This document shows, in pieces, positions 50,934-64,000 of a stretch of DNA of 64,000 nt. The first letter of the stretch is position 1. Each line of letters starts with the position of its first letter. The notes under the pieces were generated by a model, which did not search any database, was not told where the DNA came from, and saw only the letters and a program-made list of their open reading frames with translations. The stretch lies in NCBI RefSeq assembly GCF_001194135.2, contig NC_068991.1:54218067-54282066 (forward strand). The letters are read 5' to 3'. Source of the stretch: Octopus bimaculoides (taxonomy: Eukaryota). A program made the position numbers and the translations under genes.

Positions 50934-52265
50934 AATGGTTACATCACTTATAATAATGGTGTTTCGGCTTTCATTTTTATACTTCCATTATATGTCTGTT
51001 ATATATCTATTATATGTCCATTATATGCTTATTCCATTCGCAATTATATAAAGCTGTGTCTTGAACACAAGTGATGCACCTAAAAAAAGTTTTATTCATT
51101 CGGTTTTAATTTTTTAGATTTGTAATAAAAATCGTGGCTGCGTGGTTAAGAAGCTCTGTTTGCAATCACGTGGTTTCGGGTTCAGTTCCACATTAAAAAA
51201 GTGTCTACTAATATAGCATTGGGCCAACAAATGCCTTTGTGAGTGAATTTGTATGGAAGCTCGTCGCGTATATGTATATATATATTTATGATTTTTCTTT
51301 GAGTTTAATTTAAGTTCTTGAGAGAATCCAAGCTAGTTGCTAACAAAGCAACAAAACTTTTTCAGTTAACAGAGTTCCCAGTCTTTGTAAATATGTGGTT
51401 GAGTTGGTGTGTTGGTTGAACTGTTGATGCATACACCCAAGTGTGTGCTTCTATACACATAAGAATCTCACATGGAAAATTTCTGGAATGTCTTACAAAT
51501 CTTCACCGTGCTACTAATAGATTGGATTTGGAGAATCCGTATCAGTTTTTTTTTGTTCTTTTTCCGTGAAATCAAGTGTTTCTTGGTTTTTGTGCAAATT
51601 TGTTGGTACATAACCTAATGCACCTATGATGATAAGTACAAATGGGAATTCATAGTCCGCATTAATTTGCTATAAATATTCTCTTTTTCCTGGACTTTTG
51701 ATTGTCCATTTACATCTGCTGTGCAGCTGACCTCTACAACAGTAAATGGCTTTTGTTCCCTGTTCTTTAAAACAATATAAGGCGGCTTGCTGGCAGAAAC
51801 GTTAGCACACCGGGCGAAATGCTTAGCAGTATTTCGTCTGTCTTTATGTTCTGAGTTCAAATTCTGCCAAGGTCTACTTTGCCTTTCATCATCTCGGGGT
51901 CGATAAATTAAGTACCAGTTGNNNNNNNNNNAGGTCTACTTTGCCTTTCATCATCTCGGGGTCGATAAATTAAGTACCAGTTGCGTACTGGGGTCGATCT
52001 AATCGACTTGCCCCCTCCCCCCAAATTTTGGGCCTTGTGCCTAGAGTAGAATAGAATGAGGATTAAGTCGATTACATCGACCCAGTACGTAACTGGTACT
52101 TAATTTATCGACCTCAAAAGGATGAAAGGCAAAGTCGATCTCGGCGGAATTTGAATTCAGAACATGAAGACAGACGAAACGCCGCGGTGCATTTCACCCG
52201 GTGTGCTAACGATTCTGCCAGCTCGCCGCCTTAATAATAATGATGATGATGATGACGATGATGAT

Positions 52266-52440
52266 GATGACAACGTTTCTCTAAAAGAAACGGAGAAACA
52301 TTCAAAATAAAAAAATTTGGAAATAGAGATAACTCGAATGTAGAGCCTAAAAACAGAAACAATTCCTACTATAGTAGGCGCATTAGGTATAATAAAAAAA
52401 ATATTCAGACAAATACATAATAAAAACTCCATGACTTATA
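52266..52440 (+). mobile_element. Short fragment of the same R4/Dong-like LINE
   Basis: Aligns to 49606-49790 (gatgacaacgtttctctaaaagaaa...). Its 5' end merges into a (GAT)n tract. Confidence 0.8.
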
Positions 52441-54959
52441 TAGCAACATATACAACATCATCAAAAACATCAACAAAAGCAACATCAACAGCAACGATAA
52501 CATAATCAGGCTTCCATTCGAGGCAAGCCATAAAATAATATAGGCATTGGTACAACTGTATTGAAGTAAAAAGAAAATAAAAGAATGTCTGAAAGAATTG
52601 AAACATAGATAAGAAATGGAACTCAAACAATATTTCAGGGGAGAAAACTTGAGTTCAACTTATGTTACCTCCCTTGATGTTAACGGCCTGTCATTCATGT
52701 CACTATCTTAACCATTAATTTGTTTTTATAGGTGAAAAAAATAATTAGAATGTTCAATGAGTACTAAATACTGGCCGTATATAATTAGTAATTATTTTAC
52801 CAATAGGAAAAAATGAAGATTCGATTCGGTGTTGACAGAATTTGTAGACTGAAACTGAATAGGGAAAGGAATTTATTCTTAATTCCGGGTTTATGTTACT
52901 CTGATTGTAGTACACTGCTGGAAAAGGATTGAGCAATTCTCCGGTTTGCTGTTAAATAGTTTATTTAAATTTTTTTTTTTTTTATATAAGTTCACAAAAG
53001 GCATAGATTGCTATTATACAGTCATATACACTCAGATATACAAATTCACACATACATGCATGCACGCGCACATACCTACCTATATACGCACATATATAAA
53101 AACAATNNNNNNNNNNNNNNNNNNNNNNNNNNNNNNNNNNNNNNNNNNNNNNNNNNNNNNNNNNNNNNNNNNNNNNNNNNNNNNNNNNNNNNNNNNNNNN
53201 NNNNNNNNNNNNNNNNNNNNNNNNNNNNNNNNNNNNNNNNNNNNNNNNNNNNNNNNNNNNNNNNNNNNNNNNNNNNNNNNNNNNNNNNNNNNNNNNNNNN
53301 NNNNNNNNNNNNNNNNNNNNNNNNNNNNNNNNNNNNNNNNNNNNNNNNNNNNNNNNNNNNNNNNNNNNNNNNNNNNNNNNNNNNNNNNNNNNNNNNNNNN
53401 NNNNNNNNNNNNNNNNNNNNNNNNNNNNNNNNNNNNNNNNNNNNNNNNNNNNNNNNNNNNNNNNNNNNNNNNNNNNNNNNNNNNNNNNNNNNNNNNNNNN
53501 NNNNNNNNNNNNNNNNNNNNNNNNNNNNNNNNNNNNNNNNNNNNNNNNNNNNNNNNNNNNNNNNNNNNNNNNNNNNNNNNNNNNNNNNNNNNNNNNNNNN
53601 NNNNNNNNNNNNNNNNNNNNNNNNNNNNNNNNNNNNNNNNNNNNNNNNNNNNNNNNNNNNNNNNNNNNNNNNNNNNNNNNNNNNNNNNNNNNNNNNNNNN
53701 NNNNNNNNNNNNNNNNNNNNNNNNNNNNNNNNNNNNNNNNNNNNNNNNNNNNNNNNNNNNNNNNNNNNNNNNNNNNNNNNNNNNNNNNNNNNNNNNNNNN
53801 NNNNNNNNNNNNNNNNNNNNNNNNNNNNNNNNNNNNNNNNNNNNNNNNNNNNNNNNNNNNNNNNNNNNATATATATACATATATATACTTTTTCTTATAT
53901 TTGTTTCAGTCATTCGATTGCGGCCATGCTGGAGCACCGCTTTTAGCCGAACAAATCGACCTCAGATACATACAGAAACACATAGATATACACGACAGGC
54001 ATCTTTCAGTTTCCGTCTAACAAGTCCACTCACAAAGCTTTGGTCGACCTTGTAACTGGATTTGATAGGTATAATAAATATTTATAAGACACTAGCCTAA
54101 AGTGCCACTCAGTGGGAGTAAACCCAGAACCATGTCATTGGGAAGCAAGCTTCTTACCACACAGCTATATATATATATATACACACACAGACATATACAT
54201 GTGTGTGTGNNNNNNNNNNNNNNNNNNNNNNNNNNNNNNNNNNNNNNNNNNNNNNNNNNNNNNNNNNNNNNNNNNNNNNNNNNNNNNNNNNNNNNNNNNN
54301 NNNNNNNNNNNNNNNNNNNNNNNNNNNNNNNNNNNNNNNNNNNNNNNNNNNNNNNNNNNNNNNNNNNNNNNNNNNNNNNNNNNNNNNNNNNNNNNNNNNN
54401 NNNNNNNNNNNNNNNNNNNNNNNNNNNNNNNNNNNNNNNNNNNNNNNNNNNNNNNNNNNNNNNNNNNNNNNNNNNNNNNNNNNNNNNNNNNNNNNNNNNN
54501 NNNNNNNNNNNNNNNNNNNNNNNNATAATTGAGATTCAGATGAATTAAGTACTTAAGTTGAGGCACCAAAAATTAGTGCGGTAATATCCGTAGTTTCAAA
54601 ATAAGGTGAACAATAATGAGTTATTTCCCTTTGCCATTGGCTATTGACTTCTGGCTATGTCGCTATCTTGCGGGTTCTAAAACGTTAGCAGGAATTTCCT
54701 AAAATGTAAACATGGCCTAAAAATCTCCGTTCTGGAGTTAAGGATGTTCCCTGGTTCTAGCAAGTCTTTTAGGATTCTCGCAACGCTTCGTCCTGTCATT
54801 GTAGGGACCTAGGTTTTCGAGTATTGGACCCCACCCCCATCGTCTCTTAGTTGCCAGACGTAACTGACCAGCGATGTTACGTATCTCCTTTCCGGAACTC
54901 TGAAGAAGGACCTATGGCTGGAAAGAGGCTGCTTGAGAGAATTCCCAGTACATCCAATG

Positions 54960-55280
54960 TATTTCCGTGGGCGCGTGTTGTCGGTGCTGCACCTGTTGCT
55001 GATGTTGTTGCTGCTGCTGCTGTTATCGCCTGTGGTATCGTTGCTGTTGGTCTGGGGATGCTGGTGTTGGCGTCGCTGGGTGAGGTGGTGGCGTCGGTAA
55101 TGTTATCACCCCTTTGCGTGTGGCCAGTGCTGCACCTGCTGTCGCTGTTGTTGCCGTTGCTGCTGCTGCTGCTGCTGTCGCCGATATTGTTGTTGGAGTC
55201 GGGGCCGCTGGTGTTGGCGATGCAGGAGGTGGTGGTGGCGTCGGGGATCTATTTTAAAACGGGGGCGCCAGTATTTTCTT
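54960..55280. repeat. GC-rich cryptic-triplet element ending in a 27-bp motif
   Basis: GTT/GCT/GGT-rich triplets followed by ggatctattttaaaacgggggcgccag (55245-55271). Confidence 0.6.
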
Positions 55281-55431
55281 AACGGAACACTAACGAAACA
55301 CTTTGAAACTTGAGACACTGGTAGAATGTGTTATATAAAACACTTTTTACTCTTAGTCTTCTTAACAAAAAAAAGAAGGAATTCGCAAGTTATTNNNNNN
55401 NNNNATATATATATATACACACACAGACATA

Positions 55432-55468
<37 letters not shown>

Positions 55469-56955
55469 ACATTTGCATACACATATATATGTATAAATAC
55501 GTATGTGGTTGTGTGGTATGGTACTTACTTCCCAACCACAAGTTCTGGGTTCAGTCCCACTAAACCCAGCACCTCGGACAACTGTCTTCTACTATAGCCC
55601 CGGGCCGACCAAAGCCCTGTGAGTGGATTTGGTCGACGGAAGCTGAAAGAAGCTTGTCGTATATATATGTATATGTGTGTGTGTGTGTTTGACAATCGGT
55701 ATTGGTGTATTTATGTCCCCGTAACTTAGCGGTTCGGCGTAAATTACGGAATAAATTCTAGGCTAAAAAAAATAAGTTCTGGAGTCGATTTGTTCGAGTA
55801 AAATCCCTTCAAGGCGGTACTTCTGCTTGACTACCGTCAAATGACTGAAGCAAGTAAAAGAATAAAGATTAAAGAATATATATATAGCAAAATAATTGAG
55901 ATTCAGATGAATTAAGTACTTAAGTTGAGACACCAAAAATTAGTGCGGTAATATCCGTAGTTTCAAAATAAAGTGAACAATAATGAGTTATTTCCCTTTG
56001 CCATTGGCTATTGACTTCTGGCTACGTCGCTATCTTGCGGGTTCTAAAATGTTAGCAGGAATTTCCTAAAATGTAAACATGGCNNNNNNNNNNNNNNNNN
56101 NNNNNNNNNNNNNNNNNNNNNNNNNNNNNNNNNNNNNNNNNNNNNNNNNNNNNNNNNNNNNNNNNNNNNNNNNNNNNNNNNNNNNNNNNNNNNNNNNNNN
56201 NNNNNNNNNNNNNNNNNNNNNNNNNNNNNNNNNNNNNNNNNNNNNNNNNNNNNNNNNNNNNNNNNNNNNNNNNNNNNNNNNNNNNNNNNNNNNNNNNNNN
56301 NNNNNNNNNNNNNNNNNNNNNNNNNNNNNNNNNNNNNNNNNNNNNNNNNNNNNNNNNNNNNNNNNNNNNNNNNNNNNNNNNNNNNNNNNNNNNNNNNNNN
56401 NNNNNNNNNNNNNNNNNNNNNNNNNNNNNNNNNNNNNNNNNNNNNNNNNNNNNNNNNNNNNNNNNNNNNNNNNNNNNNNNNNNNNNNNNNNNNNNNNNNN
56501 NNNNNNNNNNNNNNNNNNNNNNNNNNNNNNNNNNNNNNNNNNNNNNNNNNNNNNNNNNNNNNNNNNNNNNNNNNNNNNNNNNNNNNNNNNNNNNNNNNNN
56601 NNNNNNNNNNNNNNNNNNNNNNNNNNNNNNNNNNNNNNNNNNNNNNNNNNNNNNNNNNNNNNNNNNNNNNNNNNNNNNNNNNNNNNNNNNNNNNNNNNNN
56701 NNNNNNNNNNNNNNNNNNNNNNNNNNNNNNNNNNNNNNNNNNNNNNNNNNNNNNNNNNNNNNNNNNNNNNNNNNNNNNNNNNNNNNNNNNNNNNNNNNNN
56801 NNNNNNNNNNNNNNNNNNNNNNNNNNNNNNNNNNNNNNNNNNNNNNNNNNNNNNNNNNNNNNNNNNNNNNNNNNNNNNNNNNNNNNNNNNNNNNNNNNNN
56901 NNNNNNNNNNNNNNNNNNNNNNNNNNNNNNNNNNNNNNNNNNNNNNNNNNNNNNN

Positions 56956-57020
56956 AGGGTTAGGGTTAAGGTTACGGTTACGGTTAACAGTCTAGTTAGG
57001 GTTAGTGTTAGGGTTAGGGG
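56956..57020. repeat. Degenerate interstitial (TTAGGG)n-like tract next to a gap
   Basis: agggttagggttaaggttacggttacggtt...gttagggttagtgttagggttagggg. Confidence 0.7.
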
Positions 57021-57229
57021 ATTAATACGATATACACCGTTACAGCGCTAACTGTTTTCAACTGAATAGACGTCAGTGATTAGTAGAAATTATCGAAATA
57101 AGACAATTTTTTACATGAAATAAATTCGAATACAAAAATATTTTTCTGTTCTATAACACAAAATAGATAAGTATACGAAGTTTGAAAGTCTTTCCGTACC
57201 AAAAACACTACATAAAACATAAATGAAAA

Positions 57230-57820
57230 CTGGCGCCCCCGTTTTAAAATAGATCCGGCGTCGGTAATGCTATCGCTACTGCCGGTTATGGAGAAGGCGC
57301 TGTTGTTGTTAATAATGTTATTGTTGTTGTTATTACAATTATTATTGCGGTCTTCGCCAATGGTGGGGGAACTGCTACTGCTGCTAGGGGTGTCATTAGC
57401 CGTGGTTATGCCGGTGCTTCTGCTAGGGCCGCTCTCACTGCTGCTACCGTTGTTGCCGTTATAACTGATGATGGCACTGGACCTGTTTCTACTGCTACTA
57501 TAGGGGCCGTCAGATCTGCTACTGCGGACGTCAGGGAAGCTAATTAGTAAGGCTGGTATTGATGGCGATGTTGTTGTTATAGTTGCTACTGATGCTGACG
57601 TTGGGGTACCAAAGTTGTCGTCAGTGTTGTTATTGCTAACGTTGTCCACTGCTGCGATGGTGGCGGTGTTGTTGGTTCTATTCTCGTATCCACGGCTGCT
57701 ATTGTTTCTACCGGTGGTCAGCTTTGATAGATGACTCCTTTGATAGATGACACTCGCAGAGAGCAGACCTCCGCCAAGCAGCTCATTTCTACCCATAACT
57801 TTTGAAACAGCAACGCCACC
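57230..57820. repeat. Second GC-rich cryptic-triplet element starting with the reverse complement of the 27-bp motif
   Basis: ctggcgcccccgttttaaaatagatcc at 57230-57256. Possible decayed right end ttttgaaacagcaacgcca at 57800-57818. Confidence 0.6.
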
Positions 57821-57879
57821 ATAAGTTACGTGGAAACGATGAACCTGTTTTCAAGGGAGATGATCAAAGTAAAGTAAAT

Positions 57880-58247
<368 letters not shown>

Positions 58248-59357
58248 GTACCGGGGTCGATTCATTTCTCTAAAATTCTTCAAGGCGGTGCTCCAGCATG
58301 GCTACAATCTAATGACTGAAACAACTGAAAGATAAACGATAAAAGAAATATATATTTGTATGAAAGAGGAATGAAGGTCAAATAAACTGTAAAACCCATC
58401 AATGTAATTTCCTTTATAGTTGATGGCATCTCATGAAAATTTAATTTCAAAACGATTCTAGCTATGCACGCCAACATAGACATATATATTTATATCTATA
58501 TATCCTTATATGGCTCTACATATCAAAAGCTCTTTGACATTGTTACACAAAAAGCCAAACTTCTGCATCACGTTCTGAGTTACATGTCGGAAACCAAAAT
58601 GGCGAAACAAGATTAATATTGATTTTCCTTTTTTTTTTTTTTTTTCGGCACTCAATAATTTGTAGTAATATTATACTTTCCTATTGTAGTGTTCCGTATT
58701 TGCAGTACGCTATCATGGTTTGTCTATCTATTCTCAATTGTCTGTGCCATATTTCTATGCTATCGTTTGGCTCAATGAAAATCTTATTGTTTTTTGCAAT
58801 CGATCAATTTCAGTTAAAAGTGTGTTTCATATATTTATTATATCGTTCTAAAGTGATTTTTATTCAATAGATAATCCACAGTTTTGGTGTCACACAACTC
58901 TGATTCTGCTACATGCAAAATATAAGAGGAATTTTGAGTGTTTTAGTGGCTGGAGTCGTATTGAATGAAAGGAAGGACTCCACTGCTTGATAATCAACAA
59001 GATGAAGACAGCGTGCTGGCAGGATTGTTAATGCGTCAGACAAAATGCTCTTTCTTCTGGCTCTTTGTATTTTGAGTTCACCTCCTTTCATTCCTTCAGG
59101 GTCAACAAACTAAAGTACCGGTTAAGTAGTGAAGTCGGTGCAATCGACTTGTCCTCTCGCCTCAAATTGCTGGCCTTGGGCCTTGCACGTATCGGGGGAA
59201 ATGTGATCTCAGTCACTTATATTGGGCAAGTGTCTTCTATTATAGCTTTGGGCCGACCGAAGCTTTGTGTGTGTGTGTGTGTGTGTGTGTGAGANNNNNN
59301 NNNNNNNNNNNNNNNNNNNNNNNNNNNNNNNNNNNNNNNNNNNNNNNNNNNNNNNNN

Positions 59358-59411
<54 letters not shown>

Positions 59412-60654
59412 ACTGTGTTTGTCTCCCACCACCGTTTGACAACCGGTGCTGGTGTGTTTACATCCTCGTAACATAGCGGTTCGGCAAAAGAGACCGATAG
59501 AATTAGTACCAGACTTTAAAAATAAGTACTGGCGTCGATTCTCCAAGAAAAATTCTCTGTGACGGTGTCCCAGCATGGTCGCGGTCTAATGACTGAAACA
59601 AGAAAAAGATAAAAGATAAAATAAAAATCGATGACATACCAACATAATTATTGGTTATTGAACTGATTGTATTGCTAATCTTGATTTTTTTTTTTCGTTT
59701 TTGACAATTGTACATTGTGAAAATCGAAGGTGTTTTACAAAAATATTGTTTTTGATGATAATGTTTGAATATTGTATTTTATTGATTTGTCAGTGGAAAA
59801 GAGGTGAATGAGTTAAACATTTTAAGTTTTAATAAGCATCTGATGAAAGCAGAAAGAATGGAGATTTTTTTCTTTTTACTATCAGAGGAACCAGGTTTGA
59901 AATTTGGAAGGAGGCACTAGTTGTTTACATTGCCCCATTGCTCTACTGGTACTTATTTTATCGATCCCGAAAGAGTGAAATGTGAAGTCAAGTTCGATGG
60001 AATATGAATGTAAAGCAGGAAGAAATATTCTGAAATATTTTTTCCGGCGTGCTAACGATTCTGTCAGTTCGCTGCCTAGAAACCAGCGACAAATGAAAAT
60101 AGTAAATATAATTCCTTCAAGGATTATTGGTCTGTATAAAGAACTTACATATTGGATTGTTGTTTTTGTTCTTGTAAAAATAAAGATAAAGGTGCTAGAT
60201 TTAAGTTCAGGTAATTCACCATCCCTTTTACTTACTATACCAAAATAATTTTACCTAGTCTCGGTTTTCCATACATTCTATGTATAAAGAGAAAATTTTG
60301 TATGTATAGTTTGAATCGTTGGTGCAACTATGATATTCTGGTGATCTGATTAGCTAGCTTTCTTTATTTGCATTGATTTGCGATTATACAATTGTATTGA
60401 ACAATGCATACCATGCATAATAATGCAGACATGTAAACAATTTATTATACACTGAAATTATTATTACACGAAGAAGGCTGCGAAACTGCCGTAGCCCTAA
60501 GCATGTCAAATGATTAAATAAATATATTCACTTCTCATACCTCCTGGCTTTTTATGGTCATATCCACCCCTAGGGGTCAGCCACACTTAAGTGGCAATAC
60601 ACTTCACTTTATCGTGCAGTTACTGTTAATACTTCATTTAGAGAATTAACATTG

Positions 60655-60691
<37 letters not shown>

Positions 60692-61047
60692 TATATAACT
60701 GAATTAATGTTTCTAATTTTAGCACAAGACTGGCAATTCTGAGGACAGGGAGAAGTCGATTAGTGCTCATCTTCGACTGCTACTTCATTTTATCGACCCC
60801 GAAAGGATGAAAGGTAAAGTCGACCATGACCAAGTCGGAAAAAATGCCCCTAATTATTTGATCCGAGTACTAACGATTCCTCTAGCTCGCCGCCTTATCG
60901 TTATTAGAGTGGTGAACTGGCAGAATGATTTAAATCTATCAATGAAATACAACGAACACAAAAATAATGCTTCAATTGTTTTTATAAGTTGAAGCATTTC
61001 TTACAGTTTTTATTTTTTGTTTTAATATTAGCAATAATTGACAAACA

Positions 61048-61053
61048 TTTATT
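61048..61053 (-). terminator. Candidate poly(A) signal of the TPPP-like gene
   Basis: tttatt on + (AATAAA on -), about 160 nt downstream of the TAG. Common by chance in AT-rich DNA. Confidence 0.4.
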
Positions 61054-61214
61054 GTATGGACGTTCATGTTAGAAACATCCACCTTTAAACTTGTATTTTT
61101 CTATATTTTTCCTTCCTTGATAGATTCATCAAGCTTTGAAATGTAGAAAATATCAGCGATATAGACCCCAGAAAACAACCTCAATAAGCACTAAAGCTAT
61201 AGATCTTCAAATAG

Positions 61215-61712
61215 CTAAAATTTCTTGACATGTGTTTTTTCCTCTTTAGAGCCTTTCACATGACCAGTGTGTTCTGACATATCTTTGTGGTGACTTATTA
61301 CCTTTCTCTGTTTTATAAAATGCACGTTGGAAGTTTTCGTATCATCAGTTTTTGATACCTTTATCTCTTTTACGATTGGCTTCCCATTTAGAAGGCCATG
61401 AGTAAATTCTTGGTAATATTTGTCAACCTGCGGGTCCCCTTCATGCAGTCTGGGATTTTTACTCTTCTTTTTAGCATATTCATAAGCACAACCGTGAATA
61501 AAATGTCGGAAGTTATTAATAAGGAAATAGGGCTTATTTCTCTCTTTATATATTGGGAATATACAAGCATCTGCGATTTTTACAACTCCTTTCGGTAGAC
61601 ACTCTTTCACCATTTTTTCACAAGTTTTAGAATTCATTCGTGTTTCTTCTACAGGGTTCTTTGCACCTGCAAGTTTAGTGAACGCTTGAAAAACATCATC
61701 CAAATTCGCCAT
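61215..61712 (-). CDS. TPPP: Divergent, intronless TPPP/p25-alpha-like protein (165 aa)
   Basis: aaaATGG start. LDDVFQAF...MNSKTCEKMVKEC aligns with TPPP LEESFRKF...MNGKNWAKLCKDC. ADACIFPIYK resembles DVDIVFSKVK, LLNGKP resembles LVAGKEP, and DMSEHTGHVK resembles DTSRYTGSHK. The GxGxGxxGR motif is absent. AATAAA lies about 160 nt past the stop. Confidence 0.72.
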   Translation of the reverse strand: MANLDDVFQAFTKLAGAKNPVEETRMNSKTCEKMVKECLPKGVVKIADACIFPIYKERNKPYFLINNFRHFIHGCAYEYAKKKSKNPRLHEGDPQVDKYYQEFTHGLLNGKPIVKEIKVSKTDDTKTSNVHFIKQRKVISHHKDMSEHTGHVKGSKEEKTHVKKF

Positions 61713-63002
61713 TTTAAGGGATCCGGATGTGAAGTTCCGAAAGTTACAGTGGTCTGTATCGTTACGCTGACTTTTTGTTTTTGTTCTGCAATTGAGAACG
61801 ATGCTTGTCTTTTAAAACAAGCAAATGGCTTCTATTGATGACGTATGCATCACGATAATATGCCTGACCAATATTTTTCAAGCACATTTTCGTTTTCATC
61901 ATCAAAAATGTCTCGATGTCATAATATAAATAAACCGTCTCCATTTCAAAATGAATAAATAAAATAAAATTGGACTCAAATTAATTATACAATTGCAAAA
62001 AAATTAAATTTAAAAATAAAAAACAAGAACACTCCCACCGAACGTTTTCTTTAGAACATTATGCTAATTTATCTAATCATCGATTCAGCCTGAAAGTGTC
62101 TCTGATGTCGTTATTTGAGCAAATCAATTCGTGTATACGAATGGCAACATCTTTAGATCTTAAAATGGCGATCAAGTTTTTCCACGACAGTTACTTTGAG
62201 ACTGAAGAAAATTTCAGATGGCGGTGCCACAGCATGACCACTGCTCCCGAGATGAAGTTAGCAAAAGAGTAGAAAGGTATATGTGCATAGCAGCAAAAAG
62301 AGTGGGATTGCTAGAAACCCAGTAGGACTAAAAACAAGACCAGTCAAACAAAAGAGCGGATAAACCTAGTGAAGGAGTAACGACTATCAAGTTATAGCAC
62401 AGAAACATCAGAAATTCGGGGTTGGTGTTTAGCGTGCTGGAAGACCAATGGGAGTGAGAAGTTCTTAGCTTTTGTTGAAGCGTGTCCCTAGGAGACAGTC
62501 ACTCTGATATAAAATGGGATATACATGGAATGGCCATTGGACATTATGGGGACCTTTTTCTTACGTTCGAGATCAGGCGCTCCAACATTCTTGAATCTGT
62601 ATCCCATATTAGAACTGGATATTTTGCCCTTTTTTTAGTTTCTGGATCATGTCAGTTGAGTGGAAAAGATCTGGAAAGAGTTGTGCAAGACTTATTGGAC
62701 CTAAAAATTTACGCTGCGCAATCGCCGGCGAGGTAACTTTCCGGTTGAATGGGGATTAGGTGGCGAGGGGCGCTGGTGTAAGCATCGGAGCTGCGGGCGC
62801 AAGCCTGGGTGAAGCGGATCGCGAGTGCAAGAAACTCATGCACTCATGCATTCATACACAGCTGACATTTCTCATGCGCAAAGGCCAGTGCTGGTCTTCT
62901 TCAGTCACGGGTGGACAACCATGTATGTATGTATGTATGTATTATGTATGTATGTATGTATGTATGTATGTATGTATGTATGTATGTATGTATGTATGCA
63001 AG

Positions 63003-63033
<31 letters not shown>

Positions 63034-63410
63034 TTATTCAGTTTATTTCAAGATTTATTGCCAATAGAGAAAGAGCCGGTTTCTAATCCAGATCCAAGGT
63101 TCCTTCATTGGAATTTCAACATCAACAACAGGGTATTTCTGTATGTATGTATGTATGTATGTATGTATGTATGTATGTATGAGCTTCCGTCCACAAAAAT
63201 TCCCTCACAAAGACTTTGTCTGTTTATCAATTAAACTTTTTGATATGATCTTTTTCCTTACAGAAATCATTATGTAAATTGACAGCGATTCTCATTAGTT
63301 TGTGACGCGTAAGACAGCTTTTCTCAGGGTAAAGTAATGATGTAGAATCCCTGTGATGAGTAAATAGACGATATTGTTATATATTTAGAAAGTGTACAAT
63401 TACGAATACA

Positions 63411-63765
63411 AACGGCCATAATGGGATTCCACCGAAGGATCTCTGGAGTAACGTTACTCGACAGGATGCGGAGCTCTGAGAACAGGGAGTCTCTCTCCAA
63501 GTCAAACCGCCACATCTCCGCATTGAGAGATCACAGGTCTGCTACTACGGACATCTGATTAGTATCATGAGAAAGAACCAGCCGGTAGGAGACCTAGGTT
63601 AAGGCCAAAAATGTGATGGTTGGATAATATCCGTAATCTCAGTTGGTCACACTTGGGAACCCAGCCGGAAAATCTAATGACAGTTGCTTCTGACTGTAAC
63701 CTATGGAGGAGGTGCTTGTGGACTTTACCTCCATAACCCTCCCAGGAATCGTAGGCAGAGATTGA
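63411..63765 (+). mobile_element. RTE-clade LINE 3' fragment
   Basis: GFHRRISGVTLLDRMRSSENRES, LRIERSQVCYYGHL, GRPR and WLDNIRNLSWSHLG...LWRRCL are typical of RTE RT C-termini. Confidence 0.85.
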
Positions 63766-64000
63766 TAAATATATATTTAATTTTCCGAACGTAAAATGTT
63801 TAAGAAGGGACACAACTCCAACATAAATATTTAAGAATTATTTCCCTTGATTATTTGCAGATTATTGATTTTGAAAATATTTTTATGGTAATTAGTGAAC
63901 AATAGCTGTGACTGTCACAAGTTTTCATCGTTGGAAATCATTGTTTTAAGGTTTTCTTGCTGATGTTTGCCCTATTAAAAGGGTGAATAATAGTTCATAC

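Noticed and set aside
51870-51983. Exact 52-bp direct repeat around a 10-N gap
   Set aside because: Typical unmerged contig-end overlap, so most likely an assembly artefact.
54166-56083. Direct duplication 54525-54716 / 55892-56083 (4 mismatches in 192 bp) plus a shared microsatellite flank at 54166 / 55405
   Set aside because: Every copy touches an N gap, so two haplotypes scaffolded in tandem is the simplest explanation. A true tandem duplication cannot be excluded without long reads.
56956-57020. True chromosome end
   Set aside because: The repeats are short, degenerate and followed by ordinary sequence, so they are interstitial and probably part of a repeat element.
57080-57796. 238-aa S/T/N-rich minus-strand ORF (also 54851-55282 on +)
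   Set aside because: No ATG start (both use alternative start codons in the track). Composition is explained by cryptic triplet repeats, and the frames cross a repeat motif into AT-rich DNA.
62530-62700. LDIMG-like motif suggesting an LTR integrase remnant
   Set aside because: Only five residues match and no further rve motifs are in frame.

Overview
AT-rich animal genomic DNA full of microsatellites, tRNA-derived SINEs and decayed transposons, with about 6 kb of N gaps. The SINE and microsatellite landscape suggests an octopus (inference). No CRISPR array, rRNA or credible tRNA gene was found. The main result is a same-strand cluster of four single-exon ORFs (86-91 aa; ATG at 1817, 15491, 34561, 39660). 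Each encodes a single-pass membrane microprotein matching the InaF-motif (TRP-interacting helix) pattern K-x6-Y-x7-A-x5-YY-x-FLW-x-P; paralog 3 lacks one Tyr. All four share an invariant tail, RGNYS-x-HH-x-YI-x-H...H. Each stop is followed 12-39 nt later by a splice-donor-like site, and a strong orphan acceptor with poly(A) signals lies at 50.3-50.9 kb. This suggests several alternative coding exons sharing one non-coding 3' exon, resembling the Drosophila inaF locus (inference, needs RNA data). A fifth unrelated ORF at 26.9 kb also ends in a perfect donor. A divergent intronless TPPP/p25-alpha-like gene lies on the minus strand at 61.2-61.7 kb. The remainder is repeats: Tc1/mariner derivatives, foldback/MITE elements, a TIR element carrying a tRNA-like cassette, Tx1, R4/Dong, CR1, RTE and Jockey/I-like LINE fragments, and Helitron-like ends.
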